A stretch of DNA of 22,654 nucleotides from a bacterium (GTDB taxonomy: Bacteria > RUG730): assembly GCA_031551405.1 (NCBI GenBank), contig JAVBNQ010000003.1:186001-208654 (forward strand), in the 5' to 3' direction. A model generated the notes under the pieces. That model ran no database searches. It was given only the letters and a program-made list of their open reading frames with translations, and was not told where the DNA came from. Both the position numbers and the translations under genes were made by a program. Positions 1 to 7,596 of this stretch are shown here, one piece after another (position 1 is the stretch's first letter; every line of letters starts with the position of its first letter).

Positions 1-1
1 A

Positions 2-1033
2 AAAGAAAAACTAAAACAGGAAGCAAGAGAGGAAGAAGAACGCGTTTTTTACGTTGGAGCAACTCGCGCAAAAAAAATGCTTTTTATCTCGAACTCGCTG
101 GCTTATAAAAAATTTAACGAATTTATTTACAAAATTGTTGACGTCGACGAAAAAAAAATAAAGCCAGAGTTCGAAAATTTTGTAAAGCTGGATAATGCAA
201 ATTTGAAAGAAAGCAAAATTTTTACAATAAGCAAGTTAGAAACAAAAGTTGAAAATTTTAATTGCTCAAAAAATATTGCGAATCGTCTTGAAAAAAATTC
301 TTTTAAACAAAAAATCTCAAAATTTTTTTATTCTGTAAGCGAACTTGAAACTTATCAAAAATCTCCTCGCGAATATTTTCTTAAATATCAAAAAAATTTA
401 GATTTTGAGTTGGAATTTCCAGTCGATACTGAATCTCTTGAGCGTTACAAAAAAAATATTTCAGAGTTTCAAAATATGCAGATTTTTGGAAATATTGTTC
501 ACAAATTTTTGGAAAAATTTTTTGATAATTCACAGAAAAATTCAATAGTTTTTGAAAATTCAAAAAACATAAAAGATTTTTTTATTAAAAAATTTAGGCT
601 TGAGAATTTTGAAATTGACGAGTTTTATCGAGATAAAATCGAAAAATTTTTAGATTGGTTTTTGGCGTATAAAAAGCAAAATTTGAAAATTTTGGGAGTA
701 GAAAAAAATTTTAATTGGAACATTGGAACAGCTTTTGTGAGGGGAAAAATCGACAGAATAGACGAAATTGCGCCAAATACAATTAGACTGATCGACTACA
801 AAACTGGCGAAAAAATTCGAGACAAAGATTACGAATTTTCTATGAATGTTTATGCTCTGGCTTGTGAGGAGATTTGGGGTTACGAAGTTTGCGAAATGAA
901 AATAATTTATCCTTTTGCGAATAAAGAAATTGCCGTCACAAAGTCGGATAAGAATTTGATAAAAAATAAAATAATTGAAACGATAGGGGGGATTGAAAGA
1001 ATGGTTTTTGCAAGTTTAGTTGTCGAGGCATGA
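2..1033 (+). CDS. 3' part of a UvrD/AddA-like SF1 helicase fused to a C-terminal RecB-family PD-(D/E)XK nuclease domain (5'-truncated by window edge)
   Basis: The frame is open from base 2, upstream of the listed ATG at 77, and reads KEKLKQEAREEEERVFYVGATRAKKMLFIS (SF1 helicase motif VI). Nuclease motifs follow: SVSELETY, GNIVHKFLE, GKIDRID, LIDYKTG. Confidence 0.88.
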   Translation, partial: KEKLKQEAREEEERVFYVGATRAKKMLFISNSLAYKKFNEFIYKIVDVDEKKIKPEFENFVKLDNANLKESKIFTISKLETKVENFNCSKNIANRLEKNSFKQKISKFFYSVSELETYQKSPREYFLKYQKNLDFELEFPVDTESLERYKKNISEFQNMQIFGNIVHKFLEKFFDNSQKNSIVFENSKNIKDFFIKKFRLENFEIDEFYRDKIEKFLDWFLAYKKQNLKILGVEKNFNWNIGTAFVRGKIDRIDEIAPNTIRLIDYKTGEKIRDKDYEFSMNVYALACEEIWGYEVCEMKIIYPFANKEIAVTKSDKNLIKNKIIETIGGIERMVFASLVVEA

Positions 1034-2068
1034 CTTTAGCGAATCGCCTCGGTCTTCACCTATTTTTCGTCCTAAAGATTCAGCCATTTCGTATAAATTT
1101 TGCGTTATAGTTTTAGCGTCTTCGGTCAGACATTTTTTCCCGGGATAAATCTCGTAGAGTTTTTTGTAAGTGTGAGGGGTGTAGTTTGGCATGATCACGT
1201 TTGCTCCGAGTGTCAAAGCCTTGATCCTATAATCCTCGCCCATGCTTCCAAGAGCGCTTGTTGCCGGTATATGAGCATTTTTCGATGTTATCCTCGTAAG
1301 CGCCAAAACCTTAAAAACTAAATTTACATCAGCTTTTGACTCGCTAGACAGCAAAGTTTCCGGATGTGGTAAAAATGGACTTACGCTAAGCATATCGTAC
1401 TCGTTTTCGGCGAATTTCTGCAAATCAAACGCCAAATCTTCGAAAGTCTGGCCTTTCAAACCCACAATATTTCCGGATCCAACTTGAAATTTCAATTTAC
1501 GCAAATTATCCAAACATTCAATTCTATTTTCAAAACTCATAGACGGATGCAACCTTTCGTACAATTTTTTGTTAAAAGTTTCAATTTTTAAAAGATAGCG
1601 ATCAGCTCCAGCATTTTTCAAAATTTCATATTCTTCAAAAGTTTTTTCGCCGAGTGAAAGAGTAATCGCAAGCTCCGGGTATTTTTTTTTAACAGTTTTT
1701 ATAATCTCAGCAATCCAATAAATATCGATTTTTTGTTCGCCGGATTGCAAAACTATCGTCTTGATTTTGTCTTGAACTATCAAGTCAACGCTTTCAAAAA
1801 TTTCAGAAGATTTTAGAGTATAGCGCTCGAGCTTTGTGTTGTTTTTATTTAGGCCGCAGTAGGTGCAAGTTTTATCGCAACAATTGGAAATTTCTATGAG
1901 CCCGCGCAAATAAATTTTATTGCCGACATATTTTTGCCGAATTTCGTCAGCAAAATCATAAATTTCTTGTAGATATTTTGGCTCAGAAACTGCAAGCAAA
2001 AAAACTAAATCTTTTATATTTGGGATTTTTGATTGGAAGATTTGTTTTAATAAATACGAAATTTTCAT
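1016..2068 (-). CDS. hydE: Radical SAM protein, HydE-like ([FeFe]-hydrogenase maturase HydE / BioB-PylB subgroup)
   Basis: RGLIEISNCCDKTCTYCGL (CxxxCxxC), IVLQSGE, ITLSLGE, GADRYLLKIET, LHP, PFLPHP, IPATSAL, GANVIMPN, and C-terminal YEIYPGK, all typical of HydE. Confidence 0.75.
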   Translation of the reverse strand: MKISYLLKQIFQSKIPNIKDLVFLLAVSEPKYLQEIYDFADEIRQKYVGNKIYLRGLIEISNCCDKTCTYCGLNKNNTKLERYTLKSSEIFESVDLIVQDKIKTIVLQSGEQKIDIYWIAEIIKTVKKKYPELAITLSLGEKTFEEYEILKNAGADRYLLKIETFNKKLYERLHPSMSFENRIECLDNLRKLKFQVGSGNIVGLKGQTFEDLAFDLQKFAENEYDMLSVSPFLPHPETLLSSESKADVNLVFKVLALTRITSKNAHIPATSALGSMGEDYRIKALTLGANVIMPNYTPHTYKKLYEIYPGKKCLTEDAKTITQNLYEMAESLGRKIGEDRGDSLKSCLDN

Positions 2069-3750
2069 TTAGGCTTTTGGGAAGTTTTATAGTCGACGCC
2101 TATTACATAAGATTTGTCTTTTAAAGTAAGGCTTTTGAAATATAATGTTTTGTAAATTTTTAAATTAGAACCCGGTTCTACATGCGTATAAACCAAGCTT
2201 AATGTTTCATTTTTATTTTCTTCTGCAAGTTTCAAATATTTTTTTACTATAAAATCGCCGGATGCGTCCTTAAATTTAAGAATATTTAAATTTTCAAAAA
2301 ATGTATTTTTAGAATCAAAAAGCTGAACGCCGTTTCCTTCAGTGATAAAAAATCTTAGATTTTTGTAGAAAAATAGATTGTGTTCGCGAATTGTAGAAAT
2401 AGCAGAATTTATGTCTGTGCTTTCCGACAAAAAATTATACGCAATATCCAAAGTTTCATTAGCAAATTCCGGATGCATTTCGAGATTAACACCAACTACT
2501 CCCAAAATATATTCAATATTATTGTTTTTAAATCTCGTGATGTAAGCGGATTTCCAAGTAGGAAACAGTTTGTTTTGTGAGGAAGAATTTTTTATGTAAT
2601 GAACCCAGCCTTTGTTATTATTAAAATCTAGGGTTACAAGCATATTTTTAAACATTGGCTGTCCAAATAAGTCTTTCATATAATTAATATTTTTTTGTTC
2701 AAAACCATGAATTACTTTATCAATTACAAGAATTCCTGTTTTAACTTCAATCAAAAAAATATTATTTACATTTTTTGTTAATTCTTTGAAACTATCGATT
2801 GTATTTTCAGCAAGAAAATCTGTATATTCGTCAGATAAATATTTTATTTCGTAAATTTGAGAACTTTTATTTTTGGCATTAATAGATATAGCGTCCGGAA
2901 AAATTACTGAATAAGCAACTATTACTTTCTTGTCGTTTAATACCGCAGTTTGGTAATAAATACTTTTTAAATATGCGTTTTTTTCATCATTTTTCTCTTC
3001 ATAATAGTTCATCCAGCCAGAATTTTTTGACAGCGATAAATTAATAAGATTTTTTATATAAGGAGCTCCTGTAAAATCATTTAAATTTAAAATATTTATC
3101 TGTTGAGGAGAAAATTTTGCCGAATTAAATAAAACGTTTCCCATATTATCAAGAATAAACAGAAAATTTTCAGCACAAAAAAAATCATGAGTTCTGTTCC
3201 TTATCATAGAAAAAGCCAAATTACCTTTTTCTTTTATCAAATGAACAATTTTCTCGACTTCATCGACTACAAACTCAGGCTCCAGTTTTAAATTAAATCT
3301 ACCGCTAGCTACAATATATTCTTTTCCTGCCGGAGTCTTTACTTTTTTGGAATAAATTATTTTATAATTTTGGTTTAGATTTTTTAAATTTTTACACGAA
3401 GTATAAACCCAATGTGAGTTGGAATAATCATAATAAGTGTTTTCAAAAACAAACATTTTTTTAAATTTTTCAGTTTCAGAAGCATCATTTGAAATGTTGC
3501 AATCATCAAGAGGGGGATTAACTATACAAACACCATTTAAATCATAAATATTTATAAAACACTTTTTATTTAACCATTTCGATTTTATATCACTAAAATC
3601 AGAGAAAACAGTTTCTCCTTTTTCTTCAATCAATTTTGAAGCTTCATCTACAAGGGTTATAATATCAATAGCTTCTTGATTTTTATATGAATACAAATTT
3701 GGAAAGGAAAATAAAAATAATAAAAAAACTATAAAACTTATGTTTCTCAT
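2065..3750 (-). CDS. Exported protein with four tandem Cache_2-like domains and no transmitter domain
   Basis: N-terminal signal peptide-like MRNISFIVFLLFLFSFPNLYS. Repeated Cache-like motifs: LVDEASKLIEEKGE, FILDNMG, NILNLNDFTGAPYIK, NINYMKDLFGQPMFK, NILKFKDASGDFIVK, GWMNY/GWVHY, WKSAY. Its stop overlaps the hydE start (ATGA). Confidence 0.75.
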   Translation of the reverse strand: MRNISFIVFLLFLFSFPNLYSYKNQEAIDIITLVDEASKLIEEKGETVFSDFSDIKSKWLNKKCFINIYDLNGVCIVNPPLDDCNISNDASETEKFKKMFVFENTYYDYSNSHWVYTSCKNLKNLNQNYKIIYSKKVKTPAGKEYIVASGRFNLKLEPEFVVDEVEKIVHLIKEKGNLAFSMIRNRTHDFFCAENFLFILDNMGNVLFNSAKFSPQQINILNLNDFTGAPYIKNLINLSLSKNSGWMNYYEEKNDEKNAYLKSIYYQTAVLNDKKVIVAYSVIFPDAISINAKNKSSQIYEIKYLSDEYTDFLAENTIDSFKELTKNVNNIFLIEVKTGILVIDKVIHGFEQKNINYMKDLFGQPMFKNMLVTLDFNNNKGWVHYIKNSSSQNKLFPTWKSAYITRFKNNNIEYILGVVGVNLEMHPEFANETLDIAYNFLSESTDINSAISTIREHNLFFYKNLRFFITEGNGVQLFDSKNTFFENLNILKFKDASGDFIVKKYLKLAEENKNETLSLVYTHVEPGSNLKIYKTLYFKSLTLKDKSYVIGVDYKTSQKPK

Positions 3751-3789
3751 AATTTTTTTTATTAAATCTCCTTAATAATTTATTTTATA

Positions 3790-3818
3790 ATAATATGATT
3801 ACGACTCATAAAAAGCAA
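3790..3818 (-). promoter_or_regulatory. Candidate sigma70 promoter for the Cache-hydE unit
   Basis: Minus strand TTGCTT-17 bp-TATTAT, followed by AAGGAG (3768-3773) upstream of the ATG at 3750. AT-rich context, so a chance match is possible. Confidence 0.4.
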
Positions 3819-4007
3819 GCTTTTTTTCTAAATATTTTTTAGAATCAAAAATTAGCCATTTTTAAAACAGTTTTCATAAAAATACACTTTTTAAAATTTT
3901 TTTAACGTAAATAAGCTTAAATAGAATGAAAAACAAATAACAACTAACAACTCTAAAACAAAATGAAAATTTTCTAAACAATACAAAACACAAAACTTAA
4001 AATAATA

Positions 4008-4035
4008 ACGTCATATAATATATATTATGTTAACT
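4008..4035 (+). other. dif: dif-type XerC/XerD site-specific recombination site
   Basis: ACGTCATATAA-TATATA-TTATGTTAACT has the 11-6-11 architecture. Compare B. subtilis dif ACTTCCTAGAA-TATATA-TTATGTAAACT and E. coli dif GGTGCGCATAA-TGTATA-TTATGTTAAAT. It lies in a 499-bp AT-rich intergenic region. Confidence 0.8.
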
Positions 4036-4112
4036 TTTATAATAATTTTTTAATTACAAATTAAATAATACAAACACAGAAAAACATTTTAAATAAAGGA
4101 TAATTTAAATTT

Positions 4113-4123
4113 ATTTAACATAA
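4113..4123 (-). other. Isolated XerD-binding arm, inverted relative to the dif site
   Basis: Plus strand ATTTAACATAA is TTATGTTAAAT on the minus strand, identical to the E. coli XerD arm. No proper XerC arm at 6-bp spacing. Confidence 0.45.
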
Positions 4124-4196
4124 GTTCTTAGATAAAGTTTTAAGATTAGAATTTTTTAGGCTAAATTTTAATGTAAAAAAAATAAATCAAAAAAAT

Positions 4197-4225
4197 TTGT
4201 AATTTGAAAATTTAATTACTAAAAT
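4197..4225 (+). promoter_or_regulatory. Candidate sigma70 promoter for dusB
   Basis: TTGTAA-17 bp-TAAAAT, then GAGGA RBS at 4241-4245 and ATG at 4250. Confidence 0.45.
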
Positions 4226-4249
4226 GCTGCTTTAAATTTTGAGGAAATA

Positions 4250-5203
4250 ATGATAAAAAAAATAAAAATCAAAAATCTTGAATTTCAAAATAATTTGTTT
4301 TTAGCTCCACTAGCCGGGATTAGCGTCAAACCTTTTCGCGTCAATGCCAAAAAATTTGGGGCAGGTCTCGTTTTTAGTGAAATGATTTCAAGTTATGGAC
4401 TCGTCTACAACAACGAAAAAACATTTAGAATGCTTGATGTATTCGACGAAAAAGAAAAACCTGTTTGTGTGCAAATTTTTGGAAATGATGCGAAAATTTT
4501 AGCGGATGCTGCCGTGATTTTAGAGGAAAAAGGCGTTGAACTGATAGATATAAACATGGGGTGCCCAGCAACAAAAGTCGTAAATTCCGGTTCCGGATCT
4601 GCGATATTAAAAGACCTAAAAAAGGTAGAAAACATTGCAAAATCTGTTCGCGCCAAGGTCAAAATACCCCTCACTGCCAAAATACGAGCTGGCTGGGATT
4701 TGGAAAATGTAAATGCTGTTGAGGTTTCAAAAATTTTAGAAAATGAAGGATTTGATTTGATTACAGTTCATGGACGCACAAAAACGCAAAAATTTAATGA
4801 TTTTGATTGGCGGACAATACAAATGATCAAAAACAAAATAAAGATCCCTATAATTGGAAATGGCAACATATTTTCACCTAATGACGCAAAAATGATGTTT
4901 GAAGAAACGAATTGTGATGGATTTATGATTGGAAGAGCGAGTCTCTCAAATCCTTGGATTTTCAGACAAATCCTTGAGCTTGAACAAAAAGGAAAGTTTG
5001 AGGAAATTTCGCCAAAAGAAAGATTGGATTATATCAGAAGTTTTGCGGAAGATTTTGTTAATTACACAGGTGAACAATATGGGATTTTTGAGGTGAGAAA
5101 ATTTTTGATTTGGCTCGCGAAAGGATTACAAAACGCAAAATATTTAAAAGAAATAATCTGCAAAATGGAATCTATAGAAGAATTAAACCTGGCTCTCAAG
5201 TAA
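4250..5203 (+). CDS. dusB: tRNA-dihydrouridine synthase, DusB/NifR3 family
   Basis: LAPLAG, SEMIS, VQIFG, IDINMGCP, GSGSAIL, KIRAGW, VHGRT, MIGRA. Confidence 0.93.
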   Translation: MIKKIKIKNLEFQNNLFLAPLAGISVKPFRVNAKKFGAGLVFSEMISSYGLVYNNEKTFRMLDVFDEKEKPVCVQIFGNDAKILADAAVILEEKGVELIDINMGCPATKVVNSGSGSAILKDLKKVENIAKSVRAKVKIPLTAKIRAGWDLENVNAVEVSKILENEGFDLITVHGRTKTQKFNDFDWRTIQMIKNKIKIPIIGNGNIFSPNDAKMMFEETNCDGFMIGRASLSNPWIFRQILELEQKGKFEEISPKERLDYIRSFAEDFVNYTGEQYGIFEVRKFLIWLAKGLQNAKYLKEIICKMESIEELNLALK

Positions 5204-6064
5204 TTTTTTATCTACAATCACGCTTACAAAATTCAAAGAATTAATTTTTTCATATGGCTCAACATTCACGCTTTCAATATTCGCATTTTTATCAAAATTA
5301 ATCGATTTAATCTGCCCGATATAAATTCCATACGGAAAAATCCCACCGAGCCCGGAAGTGATAATGATATCTCCAGTTCTGAAATCATTCTTAAAATACG
5401 TCTGAATCGGACTCATTTTGAGAAGTGTAGAATTATCTCCTGCAATAATGCCGTACAAGTTTCTTGCCGGAGCAAAAGCAATGATGTTTGACGATACATT
5501 TGTAACAAGTAAAACTTTTGAATAATGCTTGTAAGTTTCTATAATCTGCCCGACTAAAATCTGAGATCCGTTTTCATGGGTAATTACAACATTTTTCTTT
5601 TTTATTCCGTCTTTTTCGCCCTTATTGATAATAATTACAGAAAACCAATCGTCAATAGTTCGACCAATTACTCGACATTCAATTTGATTATTACCATTTT
5701 TTACGTTAAGGTTTACAATTTTTTTTAATTCAATATTTTCTCGCTCCAAAACAGAAAGTTTACTTTTTAAAATTTTATAGTTTTGGACTTGTTTCTCAAG
5801 AGCAAAATTGTTTTGATAAGCATTTAAAATTGAGTGGATATTTTCGATTTTGTACTTATTGGAATTTAATAACGCTGACAATCTTTCTTGAAATGGAAAA
5901 AATATAAAGTTTATACCATTTTTCAGCCAAAAAATAGGTTTTGTTCCATCCACAAACATTAAAATAACACTAAAAAATAGCATAAAAAAATAAAGCTTAT
6001 AGTTTGTTTGGAATATTTTTTTTGGCAAAAAAGATTTTTTTAAAATTTTACTGTTTTTTAACAT
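5183..6064 (-). CDS. mreC: Rod shape-determining protein MreC
   Basis: N-terminal TM segment, coiled coil (LERENIELKK), IIINKGEKDGI, GDIIITSGLGGIFPYGIYIG. Directly downstream of mreB. Exact start uncertain. Confidence 0.93.
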   Translation of the reverse strand: MLKNSKILKKSFLPKKIFQTNYKLYFFMLFFSVILMFVDGTKPIFWLKNGINFIFFPFQERLSALLNSNKYKIENIHSILNAYQNNFALEKQVQNYKILKSKLSVLERENIELKKIVNLNVKNGNNQIECRVIGRTIDDWFSVIIINKGEKDGIKKKNVVITHENGSQILVGQIIETYKHYSKVLLVTNVSSNIIAFAPARNLYGIIAGDNSTLLKMSPIQTYFKNDFRTGDIIITSGLGGIFPYGIYIGQIKSINFDKNANIESVNVEPYEKINSLNFVSVIVDKKLLESQV

Positions 6065-6158
6065 GAAAATTTCCCAAGACTTTTTTCGCGAATTTTAAAA
6101 TTGATAAAATAATTTGATTTTTTAAGATGTGAAAATGTAGATGTTCGAAAGGATTTTA

Positions 6159-7199
6159 TTACGTATATTGCAGTTGAACGAATCTGCGATTTTTTTCGAT
6201 TTCTTCTAAATATCTTCCGGCTCCCAGCACAACGCAGTCTAACGGATTTTCTGCAATAATGACCGGAAGACCTGTTTCTTTTTTTATGAGCTCGTCTAGC
6301 CCTCGCAATAATGCTCCGCCGCCAGATACGACAATTCCTTTATCGACCAAATCAGCTGCAAGTTCTGCAGGCGTTTGTTCAAGTGTAGATTTTATCGAAT
6401 CAACAACGAGACTAATCGGTTCACTTAGAGCTTCTCGTATTTCGTCTGATGTAATCTCGATAGTTTTCGGCAAACCCGAAATTAAATCTCGACCCTTCAC
6501 TTCCATCGATAAAGTTTCTTTGATTGGATAAACAGAACCTATGCTTACTTTTATTAATTCTGCAGTTCTCTCGCCGACTAGCAAACTATGTTTTTTTCTA
6601 AAATAAAGGGAAATTGAATCGTCAAAATGGTCACCGGCAATTCGAAGCGAATGCGACAAAACCATACCACCCAAAGAAATCACCGCTATTTCCGTCGTCC
6701 CTCCGCCGATATCCACAATCATGCTTCCTGACGGTTCATGAATTTTTATATTAGCGCCAATAGCAGCAGCCATTGGTTCGTCTATGAGATAAACTTCTCT
6801 AGCGCCAGCTTGCTCGGCTGATTCTTTAACGGCACGTCTTTCGACCTCTGTAATTCCAGACGGAACTCCGATTACAATTCTAGGACTCAATATCGTTTTT
6901 TTATTATTAACTTTGCGAATAAAATATCGTATCATTTCCTCGGTAATTTCAAAATCTGCAATTACTCCATTCTTTAATGGTCTTACAGCAACAATATTCT
7001 TTGGTGTTCTGCCCACCATTCTTTTCGCTTCTTGCCCAACTGCCAAAACTTCTTTTGAGTTTTGTTCGATAGCTACGACAGACGGTTCTTGAAGAATAAT
7101 TCCTTTTCCTTTCAGATAAACCAAAGTATTAGAAGTTCCCAAATCCATCCCGAGATCAAATGAAAAAAAATTTAAAAGTTTAGAAGACAATATTTTCAC
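6159..7199 (-). CDS. mreB: Rod shape-determining protein MreB
   Basis: [45 protein letters not shown] start. Confidence 0.97.
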   Translation of the reverse strand: MKILSSKLLNFFSFDLGMDLGTSNTLVYLKGKGIILQEPSVVAIEQNSKEVLAVGQEAKRMVGRTPKNIVAVRPLKNGVIADFEITEEMIRYFIRKVNNKKTILSPRIVIGVPSGITEVERRAVKESAEQAGAREVYLIDEPMAAAIGANIKIHEPSGSMIVDIGGGTTEIAVISLGGMVLSHSLRIAGDHFDDSISLYFRKKHSLLVGERTAELIKVSIGSVYPIKETLSMEVKGRDLISGLPKTIEITSDEIREALSEPISLVVDSIKSTLEQTPAELAADLVDKGIVVSGGGALLRGLDELIKKETGLPVIIAENPLDCVVLGAGRYLEEIEKNRRFVQLQYT

Positions 7200-7220
7200 C
7201 TTTATTTACAAATCAAAATT

Positions 7221-7574
7221 TTAGGAAATCAGCTTTATTAAACACATTGGAGCATTGTCTGAACGTCTATTTTCTAATTTCACAAGCTCAACAAAACCAC
7301 CAACTCTATTATCATATCTACCTATAATTTCATTAAAAAGCTTCAAATACGCATCTTTTTGATGGATATCTTGTCTGATTCTTTTACGAGCAGTCAAATC
7401 ATTCTTTTTAGCTCTTGAAATCAAAGAATCTATGAAAGCTTTTAGATTTTTTGCCTTTGCTTCAGTTGTTTTTATAGACTCATATTTTATTAAACTACAA
7501 GCCATATTTCTAAGAAGCGCAATTCTATGTCCAGTATTTCTATTTAATTTTTTTCCGCCTTTAATTCCGCCCAT
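7221..7574 (-). CDS. rplQ: 50S ribosomal protein L17
   Basis: KKLNRNTGHRIALLRNM, IKTTEAKAK, RVGGF, RRSDNAPM. Start placed at ATG 7574, behind a GGAGG RBS, rather than at TTG 7589. Confidence 0.95.
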   Translation of the reverse strand: MGGIKGGKKLNRNTGHRIALLRNMACSLIKYESIKTTEAKAKNLKAFIDSLISRAKKNDLTARKRIRQDIHQKDAYLKLFNEIIGRYDNRVGGFVELVKLENRRSDNAPMCLIKLIS

Positions 7575-7596
7575 CCTTTCTTCCTCCAAAATTTCC

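Noticed and set aside
77-1033. Stand-alone Cas4-like nuclease suggesting a CRISPR or defence locus
   Set aside because: The frame extends upstream into SF1 helicase motif VI, the Cas4 cysteines are absent, and there is no repeat-spacer array or other cas gene.
1016-4007. Cache-hydE unit as an element integrated at dif
   Set aside because: No second att/dif-like site was seen at the hydE end, and there is no integrase or replication gene. Adjacency alone is insufficient.
3751-4249. oriC, CRISPR array or ncRNA in the 499-bp AT-rich intergenic region
   Set aside because: No DnaA boxes (TTATCCACA), regular direct repeats or GC-rich stems were found. The 14-bp palindrome at 4015-4028 is explained as the core of the dif site.
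7575-7589. N-terminal extension MEEER on L17
   Set aside because: These codons overlap the GGAGG Shine-Dalgarno sequence. ATG 7574 is the more plausible start.
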